From a virus: 64,000 bases of DNA. Location of the stretch: IMG/VR virus record IMGVR_UViG_3300030104_005320, positions 32,001 through 96,000 of that record; one strand, 5' to 3'. The position numbers and the translations under genes are program-made. The notes under the pieces were generated by a model that was not told the DNA's origin, made no database searches, and saw nothing but the letters and a program-made list of their open reading frames with translations. Numbering within the stretch: position 1 is the stretch's first letter; each line of letters opens with the position of its first letter. Below, piece by piece: positions 38,275 through 48,328 of this stretch.

Positions 38275-39152
38275 TGAAGAGCAGAATACTGGCAATTGCC
38301 GGAAATAAACAATCAGGCAAAACAACATGTTCGAACTTTCTCCATGGATATCAATTGAGGTGCCACGCGATAATTGAAAACTTCAAAATTACTGAAGATG
38401 GACAGTTAATCGTTACCACACATATATTAAATGAAAATGGACAAGAAGAAAAAGCAGACGCGATGCTGGATGTAAACAGGAAAGATCTTTCTTTTGCTGA
38501 ATGGGCCATTTATAGTATGTGGCCATTCGTTAAAAGTTATTCGTTTTCGTCTCCTTTGAAAGAGATTGCAACTGGACTTTTCGGCCTAACCGAAGAACAG
38601 TGCCACGGCACAGACAAGCAAAAAAATACCACAACAAATATTAGGTGGGGAGATTTGCCGGGAGCCAACGCGAGTAAAAAAAACAAGAGAAAAAGATTGA
38701 CGGCAAGAGAGTTCTTACAGTATTTTGGAACTGACATATGTAGATCTATATACAGCGATGTATGGGCCGAAAGATGCATTAAAGATATTAACAATGAAGA
38801 TCCACTTCTTGCTATAATAGACGACTGTAGATTTCCTAACGAAGCGGAAGCTGTGCAAAAGGCCGGGGGCAAGGTTATACGACTAACTAGATCAGACCAC
38901 AAAGACCCACATAGCAGCGAATCGGCCCTAGAGGAATGGGATGATTATGACGCAGTTATCGACAATCAAAATCTAACCATTGCCGAAACAGTTAAAAGGG
39001 TAATAGGAGTTTTAGATGAGTGGGGATGGCTAGGAAAAGAAATAGCAAAACAAGAAATTAAACAACGCTTGGCAGAACAACTCAGTCAATCAGAACCAGC
39101 CCAAAAACCCGAACTAGTTGGCGGGATTCACACTATCAAGAAAGACGCTTAA
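38274..39152 (+). CDS. deoxynucleoside monophosphate kinase
   Basis: GNKQSGKT, FSSPLKE, REFLQYFGTD..R, IDDCRFPNE, HSSE. Confidence 0.85.
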   Translation: MKSRILAIAGNKQSGKTTCSNFLHGYQLRCHAIIENFKITEDGQLIVTTHILNENGQEEKADAMLDVNRKDLSFAEWAIYSMWPFVKSYSFSSPLKEIATGLFGLTEEQCHGTDKQKNTTTNIRWGDLPGANASKKNKRKRLTAREFLQYFGTDICRSIYSDVWAERCIKDINNEDPLLAIIDDCRFPNEAEAVQKAGGKVIRLTRSDHKDPHSSESALEEWDDYDAVIDNQNLTIAETVKRVIGVLDEWGWLGKEIAKQEIKQRLAEQLSQSEPAQKPELVGGIHTIKKDA

Positions 39153-40174
39153 TGATCGTAACATATATCAGAAGCTCCTCTTACAATAATTATGACTATT
39201 GCCAAATGCAATATTTTATAACGTATGTACTGGGACACAGGTCCACGTCTGGAAAAAAGGCTCAGTTGGGAACCATAGTCCATAAGGTAATGGAGGTATT
39301 AGCGTCATGTAAAAAAAAGCTACAAGACAATCCGGATAAAAAAAGCTTATACATAAAAGATGACGCCATAGGAAAAGTTAATTTTACTCCGCGTAGTCTT
39401 TTTACAAAAAAGTTTGTTTCAAAAATTTTAGACCGAAGTTACGAATATTACACCGAAAACTGTACCCACAAATATACTGGGGCCGATATAAAATTTTGTA
39501 GACTTTCTGTAGATACCGCCCTAGAGTACAACGATGGACAGTTTGACCCTAGAAAAAGAGACGTAGTAGACGCAGAGCCGCAGTTTGATATTCCTATTGA
39601 AGAGCCGTGGGCGAAATTCAAATATAAGATGCCAGACGGAGAAACAGTAGAAGGACAGCTAGCCATTAAAGGCACTATCGATCTTGTTACCAAGGTGGCA
39701 GATGATACGATAGAGGTGATAGATTGGAAAACCGGGAGAAGATTGAACTGGGCAACAGGCGAAGAAAAAACTTATGATAAATTACTTGAAGATCCTCAGT
39801 TGTTGTTGTATAACTACGCTATATCAAAACTATATCCTAACTACGCACAAGCGATCATGTCTATTTATTTTATTAGAGACGGTGGTCCTTTTAGTATGTG
39901 CTTTGATGAATCGGATCAAACTAAATTTCTTAAAATGCTTGAAAAAAGATTCAAACAAATTCAAAGAAATGAATACCCTATGCCGATATCTAGAAATAGA
40001 AAGAGTTTTAAATGTACAAAGCTTTGTCATTTTTACAAAAACAACTGGCCCGGAACTAACACATCAATGTGTCAGCACGTAGAAGAACATTTACAGGCTT
40101 TTGGAGAAGACGGCACAATAGAAAGATGTACCAGACAAGGACACAATATTGGATATTACGAGGCACCCGGATAA
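39152..40174 (+). CDS. Cas4/AddB-like PD-(D/E)XK exonuclease with Fe-S cysteines
   Basis: S.Y..YC, GTIVH, GTIDLV, IDWKTG, QLLLY, CTKLC...C. Confidence 0.85.
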   Translation: MIVTYIRSSSYNNYDYCQMQYFITYVLGHRSTSGKKAQLGTIVHKVMEVLASCKKKLQDNPDKKSLYIKDDAIGKVNFTPRSLFTKKFVSKILDRSYEYYTENCTHKYTGADIKFCRLSVDTALEYNDGQFDPRKRDVVDAEPQFDIPIEEPWAKFKYKMPDGETVEGQLAIKGTIDLVTKVADDTIEVIDWKTGRRLNWATGEEKTYDKLLEDPQLLLYNYAISKLYPNYAQAIMSIYFIRDGGPFSMCFDESDQTKFLKMLEKRFKQIQRNEYPMPISRNRKSFKCTKLCHFYKNNWPGTNTSMCQHVEEHLQAFGEDGTIERCTRQGHNIGYYEAPG

Positions 40175-40178
40175 ATAA

Positions 40179-41771
40179 ATGAATAATTTTATACCTTTAA
40201 ATTGCAAGACTCACTACAGTTTACAAAAGGGCTTCTGTAGAAACCATTTACTGGCAAAGAAATGCAAAGAATATGGATACTCTGCCTGTGGAATCGCAGA
40301 TATCAGAACGCTTTCAGGGGCCGTTGACTTTCACCAGCAGTGCAAGAAAAATGGTATCAAGCCATTGATAGGATGTGATTTTGATGACTACATATTGTTC
40401 GCAAAAAACAAACAAGGATGGTTTGATTTAATAAAATATGTTTCAGACCAGACGCTAGAAGTTTTGAAATCTGTTGCAAAAAAAGGCAATCTACTATGCG
40501 TTTCTAAGAAGTCGAACGGTTTTAAAAAGCTTTTCAAAAGCAATCATTTTCAATACAACTATGATAAAAACAGCGTTTATTACGTCACTGAGGATGAAGC
40601 GGATTGTCATAGAATTTTACTTTGCTCTGGCATGAAGACAACAATGAAGAAGGTTGCTAAACTATTAAATCAAAAAGAAGACATTCAAAATAAAGAGTTT
40701 TTTCAAAAGTCCAACTTTTATCTGCCAACCCCAGAAGATATTGGCGATAACGATTATAAGACGCTTAACGAAATAGCAGACATGTGTGAAGACTATGAAG
40801 TTGCAGAGAAGCCAATGCTTCCCACTTTTGATTGTCCTGAAGGGACCGACGAAGACGAGTATTTGACCCAGCTTTGTAGAGTTGGCTGGAAGGAAAGGCT
40901 CATAGATAGCGGCAAAGTAGATAAAGAAGAAATTAAAAACGAATACGCCGAACGAGTTAAAAGCGAACTTAAAGTTATAATTAAGGCGGAGCTTTCTGGA
41001 TATTTTTTAATCGTTCAAGATATTATTAATTTTGTTAAGAGAAAAGGATGGCTTGCCGGACCCGGAAGAGGATCTGCCGCTGGCTGTCTAGTCTCATATT
41101 TGATGGGGATTACTGAGGTAGATCCAATTGAATATGGTTTGATTTTCGAAAGATTTTACAATGAGGGAAGAAATACAGAGGATCATGTTTCTCTCCCTGA
41201 TATCGATATGGATGTTCCAGCAGAATACAGAGACGATGTTATAGATTATATTAAAGAAAAATACGGCGAAGAAAATGTGGCACAAATGATTACATTTGGC
41301 AGACTCCAAGGCAGGGCAGCAGTCAAAGAAGTTTTGAGAATTAATGAGGCCGTGTCTTTTTCTGAAATGAACGCTATAACTGAAAGTATACCGGATGAAG
41401 CCAGAATCTCAGATCAGCTTGAGCTAATGGAAGAAAAATCAATTATTAAATGGACTTTAGAAAATGAGCCTGAGAATCTGAAAAACTGGTGTATAATGCA
41501 AGACGACGGAAGTTTAAGCGGCCCTCTTGCCAATCTGTTTGAACAAGCTATAAAAATTGAAGGAACAAATAAGTCACAAGGCAAACATCCCGCAGGAGTA
41601 ATTATTTCTAAAAATAGACTCGCAGACGTTTGCCCGATGACTACCGACAAGTCTGGAGATCCAGTGGCATCTTTAGATATGGGAGATTTAGAAACTTTAG
41701 GCCACGTAAAATTTGACGTTCTTGGAATCGATTTATTATCTAAAATAATGGAGATTGTAAAAAATGACTGA
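40179..41771 (+). CDS. dnaE: DNA polymerase III alpha, N-terminal part (degenerate PHP, palm and thumb)
   Basis: THYSL, GPGRGSAAG, FERFYN, PDIDMD, GKHPAGV, KFDVLG, then stop. Confidence 0.93.
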   Translation: MNNFIPLNCKTHYSLQKGFCRNHLLAKKCKEYGYSACGIADIRTLSGAVDFHQQCKKNGIKPLIGCDFDDYILFAKNKQGWFDLIKYVSDQTLEVLKSVAKKGNLLCVSKKSNGFKKLFKSNHFQYNYDKNSVYYVTEDEADCHRILLCSGMKTTMKKVAKLLNQKEDIQNKEFFQKSNFYLPTPEDIGDNDYKTLNEIADMCEDYEVAEKPMLPTFDCPEGTDEDEYLTQLCRVGWKERLIDSGKVDKEEIKNEYAERVKSELKVIIKAELSGYFLIVQDIINFVKRKGWLAGPGRGSAAGCLVSYLMGITEVDPIEYGLIFERFYNEGRNTEDHVSLPDIDMDVPAEYRDDVIDYIKEKYGEENVAQMITFGRLQGRAAVKEVLRINEAVSFSEMNAITESIPDEARISDQLELMEEKSIIKWTLENEPENLKNWCIMQDDGSLSGPLANLFEQAIKIEGTNKSQGKHPAGVIISKNRLADVCPMTTDKSGDPVASLDMGDLETLGHVKFDVLGIDLLSKIMEIVKND

Positions 41772-41997
41772 AGCTAGAAAGCAGGAATATAAATCTGTAG
41801 TTTTTGCTGGGTGCTCAATTGATAGCAATGGTGTGTCTGTTTGCAACTTGCAAAACTATATTAAAAATCCTCTTGGCGTACCAAAGGCAAAATACCAAGT
41901 GTGGTCAGACAGACACAGATGTTATGACTTATTTTACACTCTAGATGACGCTATTGAAAAGTTCATCCAATTGAAAAACAAAACAATCTATAAATAA
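41764..41997 (+). CDS. hypothetical protein between the dnaE halves
   Basis: 77-aa ORF coupled to the dnaE-N stop. Confidence 0.6.
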   Translation: MTEARKQEYKSVVFAGCSIDSNGVSVCNLQNYIKNPLGVPKAKYQVWSDRHRCYDLFYTLDDAIEKFIQLKNKTIYK

Positions 41998-42008
41998 AGG
42001 AGATAGCT

Positions 42009-42692
42009 ATTAATTATCGAGATATCATAGTATTTGACTTCGAGACGACTGGCTCTAACCCCCACGGATGTCAACCCACACAGATAGCCGCCGTGGCACT
42101 GCATCCGAGAAAACTCACGGTACAACCGGGAGGATATTTTGAAAGCAAGATAAGATGCATAAATAATGACGACAAAGCTGTCGCGGCTGGTTTTGATCCA
42201 ATTGAAGAAAAGGCACTTGAAGTCACTGGAAGGACCAGAAAAGATATAGGCACAGGCCCGCTACCGAAAACTGTATGGAAAAAGTTCGCCCAGTTCTGTG
42301 ATAAGTTTAACTTTAAAGGCACACAGTGGACCGCACCGGTGGCTGCTGGATATAATATTAATGGCTTTGATATGCCCATCGTAGAACGTATGTGCAAAAT
42401 GTACGGGCCAATTGACGAAAAAAGGGGCAGACAGAAAATCTTTAATCAAATTTTTACAATGGATTTAATGCCACACGTTTATTGCTGGTTTGAGAACAAT
42501 CAAGACGTAAAGGGATACAGTATGGACTACCTACGTGATTACTTTGGAATCTCTAAAGAAAACGCTCACGACGCTCTACAGGACGTTAAAGATACAGCTA
42601 ATATACTTATCAAGTTTCTTCTGCTGCAAAGAAATTTATCTAAAAAAATAAGATTTGAAAAGGCTTTTGCTAATGGCGAGTTGTATGTTTGA
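42009..42692 (+). CDS. DEDDh 3'-5' exonuclease (DnaQ-like), apparent ATT start
   Basis: Frame extended upstream of 42093 gives VFDFETTG (ExoI); then YNINGFD (ExoII) and HDALQD (ExoIII). Confidence 0.85.
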   Translation: MNYRDIIVFDFETTGSNPHGCQPTQIAAVALHPRKLTVQPGGYFESKIRCINNDDKAVAAGFDPIEEKALEVTGRTRKDIGTGPLPKTVWKKFAQFCDKFNFKGTQWTAPVAAGYNINGFDMPIVERMCKMYGPIDEKRGRQKIFNQIFTMDLMPHVYCWFENNQDVKGYSMDYLRDYFGISKENAHDALQDVKDTANILIKFLLLQRNLSKKIRFEKAFANGELYV

Positions 42693-44238
42693 TATTAATA
42701 ATTTTGAAGATAGCAACGTCTGGGACTTAATTTGCGAAGGAAACACTAAAGGTGTCTTTCAGCTTGAGTCTAGCTTGGGTCGTCACTGGGCCAAGAAAAC
42801 CAAGCCAAGAAGCATTAACGAACTAGCCGCTCTTATTTCTCTCATACGTCCGGGCGTTTTAAAGGCCAAGGTAGATGGCAAATCTATGGCTGATCATTAT
42901 GTTGATCGCAAAGAAAACAAAGATCCGGTAACTTATCCCCACGATTCTCTAGAACCGATTCTCAGTGAGACTTTTGGCGTTCTTGTTTATCAAGAGCAGT
43001 CTATGAAGATTGCACAGGTTTTAGCTGGCTTCGATCTAAAAGAAGCAGACGCACTAAGAAAAGCTATCGGTAAAAAGAAAGCAGACTTAATGGAGAAGGT
43101 TAAGACCAAATTCTTGCAGGGCACAAAAAAACAAGGCATCGTGACAGACGATGTAGCTGATGAAATTTTTTCTTGGATTGAAAAGTCTAACAGATATGCT
43201 TTCAATAAATCTCACGCTGTTTCTTACGCTATTGATGCGTTTTGGAGTGCTTATTGTAAAACATACAGACTCAAAAAGTTTTATAATACATATCTAGGTA
43301 GAGCAGATAAGAAGCCAAAGCCAGACATTGAAAAAAAAGAACTGATAATGGATGCTAGGCGTTCAAATATAGATATCCTTCCTCCAAGACTACAGCATCT
43401 TTTTACAGATTTTACTATGGATAATGAAAAAAATGTAATCTATTATGGATTACGCCATGTTAAAAACGTAGGAATCAAAGAATGCGAAAAATTAGAAAAG
43501 ATTAAAACATCTACAGATATATCTGGATATAATTGGCTAGACTGTCTAATCAATATTATTTACAAATGCAACCTGAATAAAAGATCGGTTATTTCTCTTA
43601 TATCGGTTGGAGCATTTAATGGCGTTAATAATACTGTTAGTAGAGCGAAAATGCTTTACGAATTTGATAGCTGGAAACAGTTGTCAGCCAGAGAGCAAGA
43701 GTACATATCAACCATATACAAAGATAAAAAAGACTTAGCAGATTGTATTCGCTTTACTCTTGAGTCTTCAGACATTAAAATTAATAGCCGTAGAAATCCC
43801 ACTGTTGTAGATATAAAAAATTCATTAGAGAACCCATTTTATAATCTGGACGATACACCTCACACAATATCCACAGAAGAAGAAAAATATATGAGTTGTT
43901 CTTTGACTTGTAACAAAATCGACGGAATTGATTTAAATATATCAACTTCCGTGTGCAAAGATATATCTAATGAGTCGATAACAGGTAAAGTAAATCTAGC
44001 TGCTCAGATAAATTCTGTCAGAATATATAAAACTAAAAGAGGGAAAAATCCCGGCCAAACTATGGCCTTCTTGTGTGTTGAGGATGGAAGCGGCTCCCTT
44101 GATTCTGTTACTGTATTTCCAGAGGCTTATGAGGAGAACCGAGATTTACTGATAGAAGGAAATACTGTACTAATAATTGGAGAGATATCTAAAAAAGACA
44201 AAAAATCTATTATTGTCAACAAGGTGTCGCAAATTTGA
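42685..44238 (+). CDS. dnaE: DNA polymerase III alpha, C-terminal part (fingers, HhH, OB)
   Basis: GVFQLES, LIRPG, VYQEQ, ADALRKAIGKKK, YAFNKSHA, GL..VKNVG, MAFLCVEDGSG; ATG 42685 overlaps the exonuclease end. Confidence 0.93.
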   Translation: MFDINNFEDSNVWDLICEGNTKGVFQLESSLGRHWAKKTKPRSINELAALISLIRPGVLKAKVDGKSMADHYVDRKENKDPVTYPHDSLEPILSETFGVLVYQEQSMKIAQVLAGFDLKEADALRKAIGKKKADLMEKVKTKFLQGTKKQGIVTDDVADEIFSWIEKSNRYAFNKSHAVSYAIDAFWSAYCKTYRLKKFYNTYLGRADKKPKPDIEKKELIMDARRSNIDILPPRLQHLFTDFTMDNEKNVIYYGLRHVKNVGIKECEKLEKIKTSTDISGYNWLDCLINIIYKCNLNKRSVISLISVGAFNGVNNTVSRAKMLYEFDSWKQLSAREQEYISTIYKDKKDLADCIRFTLESSDIKINSRRNPTVVDIKNSLENPFYNLDDTPHTISTEEEKYMSCSLTCNKIDGIDLNISTSVCKDISNESITGKVNLAAQINSVRIYKTKRGKNPGQTMAFLCVEDGSGSLDSVTVFPEAYEENRDLLIEGNTVLIIGEISKKDKKSIIVNKVSQI

Positions 44239-44537
44239 AAGGTTTAAAGTTGAACAAATGTCATTTTTTAGGGAAGGTAATAGAGCCTCCCCGCCTACAC
44301 GATGAGAACGGAACCTCTGTTGTGAGATTTGTTTTAGAAGTAGAAGAATACAGAAGAGACAAAAGTGGTGAAAAAAAACGCTCTGTGAATTATCTGGACT
44401 TTGAAGCTTGGGATAGTGCCGCGATAGCAATAGAAAGATACGCCTTTGACGGCTGCCTGATGGCCGTTGAATCCATAGCCAGAAGATATGAAGACATTGT
44501 TGTATTTAGAGTTACAAATTTTAAAATTTTGCACTGA
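44235..44537 (+). CDS. second SSB/PriB-like OB-fold protein lacking a C-terminal tail
   Basis: LNKCHFLGKV...P, VVRFVLEV, YLDFEAWD.AA. Confidence 0.7.
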   Translation: MKGLKLNKCHFLGKVIEPPRLHDENGTSVVRFVLEVEEYRRDKSGEKKRSVNYLDFEAWDSAAIAIERYAFDGCLMAVESIARRYEDIVVFRVTNFKILH

Positions 44538-44548
44538 TTGGTCTTACG

Positions 44549-46189
44549 ATGAGAAAAAAGAAAGTGCTATTTGTATCTGAGGCTTCGTGGAAAACAACCG
44601 GATATTCAGTATACACTAAAGAAGTATTGAGCAGGCTGAACCAAATAGACGAATTAGAAGTGGCTGAATTGTCCTGCTACGGATCTGCTTCCGATCCTGA
44701 AATAAAAGATATACCTTGGAAAGTTTTTCCAAACAAGCCAGATGGAAACTCAGAAGAGTTTAAGATATACAAAAGTAATCCCAGCAATACATTTGGCGAA
44801 TGGACATTTAATAATGTTTGTCTAAAGTTTCAGCCAGATATTGTTATGGATATTCGTGACTGGTGGATGTTTGAATATCAACAAAGATCTCCGTTTAGAG
44901 ATTTTTATCATTGGGCTATAATGCCGACAGTGGATGCGGCACCCCAAAATTCTCAGTGGGTAAACACATTTCAATCTGCTGACGCTGTATTCACTTATTC
45001 AGAATTTGGTAGAGACGTTTTACAGGGGCAGTGCGATAATCTTAATTTTTGTGGAATAGCACCTCCCGCCGCTAGTAAAAACTTTATTCCATTTCTTAAT
45101 AAATCACAGCACAAGGAAACGATGGGATTAGACCCGGATTCCATAATTATTGGCACCGTGATGCGAAACCAGCGAAGAAAGTTATATCCGGATTTATTTA
45201 AATCTTTTAGGATGTTGCTAGATGAAACAAAAAATGATAAACTCTTTCTGCATTGCCACAAATACTATCCAGACATTGGCTGGGACACTCCGAGTCTGTT
45301 AGATGAATTCGGCCTTAACAACAGAGTTCTTTTTTCATACCAATGTAAAGAGTGTAAAAATTTACAGGTAGAATTCTTTCAGGATTCAGTTACCTACTGT
45401 AAAAAATGTAACAAGCTTACACAACAGCTAGTAGGTATAGAAAATCCTATAGACGAAGTAAATCTTAATAAAATATACAATACATTTGACATATATGTTC
45501 AATACGCGAATAGTGAAGGCTTTGGAATGCCTCAGTTAGAGGCCGCATATGCTGGACTGCCCGTAATATCTACTTATTATTCAGCCATGGAATCTGTTAT
45601 AGATAACATAGGAGGCATCGGAATTAAGCCTTTAGAGTATTCTAGGGAGGCTGAAACAGGCTGCTATAGGGCGATTCCAGACAATAGAAAGTTTGTAGAC
45701 GTTCTTAAAAAGATGATAGACTCAAAACAAACATTACCAAAAATCGGGCAAAAAATAAATAAAACTGCCAGAAATCACTATAGCTGGGACAAAACCGCAG
45801 ACATATGGGCAGAGCATATAAAGTCAGTACCTATGAGAGATCTTAAAGAAACTTGGCTCTCTCCCGCAAACATAAAACAGCCAGCTTCATCTGTGCCGCA
45901 AAATATTGTAGATTTAGCGGACAAGGTTGATTTTATATTTACAGACATACTACATAAACCAGAGTGGATAGGTGGATACCTATGGACTAAAGTTCTTAAA
46001 GATTGTACGTTCAAGTATAGAGTACAAAGTTCTAATGAAGACTTTTACTTTAATGAATCTCATATCCAGTCTTACGATCAATTTTTACCCTTTAGCTTTG
46101 AGAAGGCGTGCGAAGAAATGGCAGCCTTCAGAAATCAACTTAATCAATGGGAGATGGCTAGAGTGCAGGCGATAGGGGGAAGTCAGTGA
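44549..46189 (+). CDS. GT4 (GT-B) glycosyltransferase with Zn-ribbon insertion
   Basis: TGYS.Y, RNQRRK, CKEC..CKKC insertion, SEGFGMPQLEA. Confidence 0.85.
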   Translation: MRKKKVLFVSEASWKTTGYSVYTKEVLSRLNQIDELEVAELSCYGSASDPEIKDIPWKVFPNKPDGNSEEFKIYKSNPSNTFGEWTFNNVCLKFQPDIVMDIRDWWMFEYQQRSPFRDFYHWAIMPTVDAAPQNSQWVNTFQSADAVFTYSEFGRDVLQGQCDNLNFCGIAPPAASKNFIPFLNKSQHKETMGLDPDSIIIGTVMRNQRRKLYPDLFKSFRMLLDETKNDKLFLHCHKYYPDIGWDTPSLLDEFGLNNRVLFSYQCKECKNLQVEFFQDSVTYCKKCNKLTQQLVGIENPIDEVNLNKIYNTFDIYVQYANSEGFGMPQLEAAYAGLPVISTYYSAMESVIDNIGGIGIKPLEYSREAETGCYRAIPDNRKFVDVLKKMIDSKQTLPKIGQKINKTARNHYSWDKTADIWAEHIKSVPMRDLKETWLSPANIKQPASSVPQNIVDLADKVDFIFTDILHKPEWIGGYLWTKVLKDCTFKYRVQSSNEDFYFNESHIQSYDQFLPFSFEKACEEMAAFRNQLNQWEMARVQAIGGSQ

Positions 46190-47274
46190 AGGTATTATAC
46201 ATAGGAAATTACAAAGACGGGACAGGATGGGCCAATGCTTGTTGTGGAAACATATTAGCCATGGACGCTGCCGGTATAGAAGTTGTGCCAAGGGCTATAA
46301 CTTTTGAAAAGCAAAGCAAGCCATATCCTAAAAGAATTAAAGAACTAGAAATTAAATACTCAAAGAAAAGCGACAACTACGATTGCGATGTTGTCGTACA
46401 ACACACACTACCGCATTTGTATTCTTACAATTCAAGATATAAAAACATTGGATTTTTTGATACTGAATCTTTCGATTTTGCTACAACCGGCTGGCAGCAT
46501 TATGCAAATATGATGGATGAGATCTGGGTTCCTAGTGAGCAAAATTTACAAGCCGCCAAAACCAGCGGTATAACTGTTCCGATAAAAATTATACCACACT
46601 CTATAGATATGTCTGAGTATGAAAATACAGACGGTGCAAAAATTCAAGAGATGCAAAACAATTTTACTTTTGGGTTTGTTGGAGAGTTTATAGAGAGAAA
46701 AAACTTGAAGGCATTAATCAAGGCTTTTCATATGGAATTTGACCCTAGAGAGCCTGTCAATCTTTTTATTAAAACTTCTAAATCGTCACTAGAGGATGTT
46801 CAAAAATTTTGTGGCCACATAAGAAGAGGGTTGAAACTTAGAAAAGAATACAAAGAAGAAATAGTAGTAGCCGGAATGCTAGAAAAGGTAGATTATGCTT
46901 CTGTGCTCAGTCAGGTTGATTGTTTTGTTATGCCTAGTCGTGGTGAAGCGTTTTGTATTCCCGCACTTGAAGCAATGGCACTTGGAATTCCCTCAATATA
47001 CACAGAATCAATTGGTATGGATTACTGTGTCGGAGAGGCTGTTCCCGCTAGAGTAGAGCCTTGTTTTGGAGCAATGCAGACTCTTCCAGACCTAGACACG
47101 GCAAGTAGCACATGGGCTGAGATAGATGTTCTGGAGCTATGCAAAGCAATGAGAAAGTGGTACAACAATAAAGATTTAAGTTCCTCAATTAAAGAAGAAT
47201 GTATTGAAACAGCCGCTGAGTATGACCACAAATATATTGGAATTGGCATAAAGGAGATTCTAAATGGCGGCTAG
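46186..47274 (+). CDS. GT4 glycosyltransferase
   Basis: GTGW, WVPS, ERKNL, PSRGEAFCIPALEAMALG. Confidence 0.88.
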   Translation: MKVLYIGNYKDGTGWANACCGNILAMDAAGIEVVPRAITFEKQSKPYPKRIKELEIKYSKKSDNYDCDVVVQHTLPHLYSYNSRYKNIGFFDTESFDFATTGWQHYANMMDEIWVPSEQNLQAAKTSGITVPIKIIPHSIDMSEYENTDGAKIQEMQNNFTFGFVGEFIERKNLKALIKAFHMEFDPREPVNLFIKTSKSSLEDVQKFCGHIRRGLKLRKEYKEEIVVAGMLEKVDYASVLSQVDCFVMPSRGEAFCIPALEAMALGIPSIYTESIGMDYCVGEAVPARVEPCFGAMQTLPDLDTASSTWAEIDVLELCKAMRKWYNNKDLSSSIKEECIETAAEYDHKYIGIGIKEILNGG

Positions 47275-48328
47275 TGCCACTGGTAGATCCGTTAGATCTA
47301 TAATGAGAAAAGTCAAAAGAGGGGACAAGCTTAATATATTAACTTTTCCCACGCATGAAAGGTACGAAGAAAACCTATGCAAAACAGGACATAATTTCTA
47401 CGCTATAAACTATGGTAAAACGTGGGAGAGGCTATACGCGGATATTCCCGAAAACTACCATATCGTGAATGAAATACCAATAGATGTAGATTTTGATTTA
47501 GTTTTAAGTCACACTAGTTGTGAACGGATCAGGCTTGCAATCAACCTGCTGTCTGAAACAGACGATATAACTAAAATGAATGTTCCCATACTTAGGCATT
47601 GCCACGTTTTGCCGAATCCCAAAATGCAAATTAGCCCAGAGATGCAGATGCAGCACTACAAAAGTGTTCCGGTGCAAAGGAACTCTTTTATATCTAGCTT
47701 CAACAGAAAGCAATGGGGCTACGATGATGACGCTTCAATAATTGAACACGGAATGGATACTGATTTTTGGAAGCCCGACGATTCTGTGAAGCGTGAAAAT
47801 TGGTGCTTATCTGTGGTTAATGACTGGCCTAATCGTGACTGGTGTTGCGGATTTGGGTTATGGTGTGCGACAGTCGGTCTAAATACTGAATACGAGATAC
47901 CTACAAGGGTTTATGGAAATAGTCCGGGATTTTCAGAAGCCGCCAAGGACACCAACCATCTAAGAGAGATATACCAATCTTCTAGCATCTTCTACAATAC
48001 ATCAATACATTCCCCCGTACCAACCGTTCTAATGGAGGCTATGGCTTGTGGTTGTGCTATTGTTTCTACCAACAACTGCATGATACCGGAGATAATTGAA
48101 CACGGCAAAAATGGACTACTGTCAAATGATCCTAATGAATTACGGCAGTTTCTTGAAATGCTTTTAAACAATCCAGAACTAGCTAGAAAGCTGGGAGATG
48201 AAGCAAGAAAAACTATTGTAGAAAAGTTTGGACTAGAAAGATTTATTGAAAATTGGAATGATCTTTTATATGACACTGTAGAAAATTATACATACACAAC
48301 GGAGAGAGTTGATGAAAGCATATCTTAG
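47264..48328 (+). CDS. GT4 glycosyltransferase
   Basis: HGMDTDFW, PTVLMEAMACGCAIVST, EIIEHGKNGLL. Confidence 0.88.
   Translation: MAASATGRSVRSIMRKVKRGDKLNILTFPTHERYEENLCKTGHNFYAINYGKTWERLYADIPENYHIVNEIPIDVDFDLVLSHTSCERIRLAINLLSETDDITKMNVPILRHCHVLPNPKMQISPEMQMQHYKSVPVQRNSFISSFNRKQWGYDDDASIIEHGMDTDFWKPDDSVKRENWCLSVVNDWPNRDWCCGFGLWCATVGLNTEYEIPTRVYGNSPGFSEAAKDTNHLREIYQSSSIFYNTSIHSPVPTVLMEAMACGCAIVSTNNCMIPEIIEHGKNGLLSNDPNELRQFLEMLLNNPELARKLGDEARKTIVEKFGLERFIENWNDLLYDTVENYTYTTERVDESIS

Noticed and set aside
39152-40174. CRISPR-Cas system suggested by a Cas4-like gene
   Set aside because: No repeat-spacer array or other cas genes seen; stand-alone Cas4-like nucleases are common in phage replication modules
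41700-42720. Split intein or self-splicing intron joining the dnaE halves
   Set aside because: No intein terminal residues or motifs, and the gap is filled by tightly packed protein-coding genes with no room for a ribozyme core
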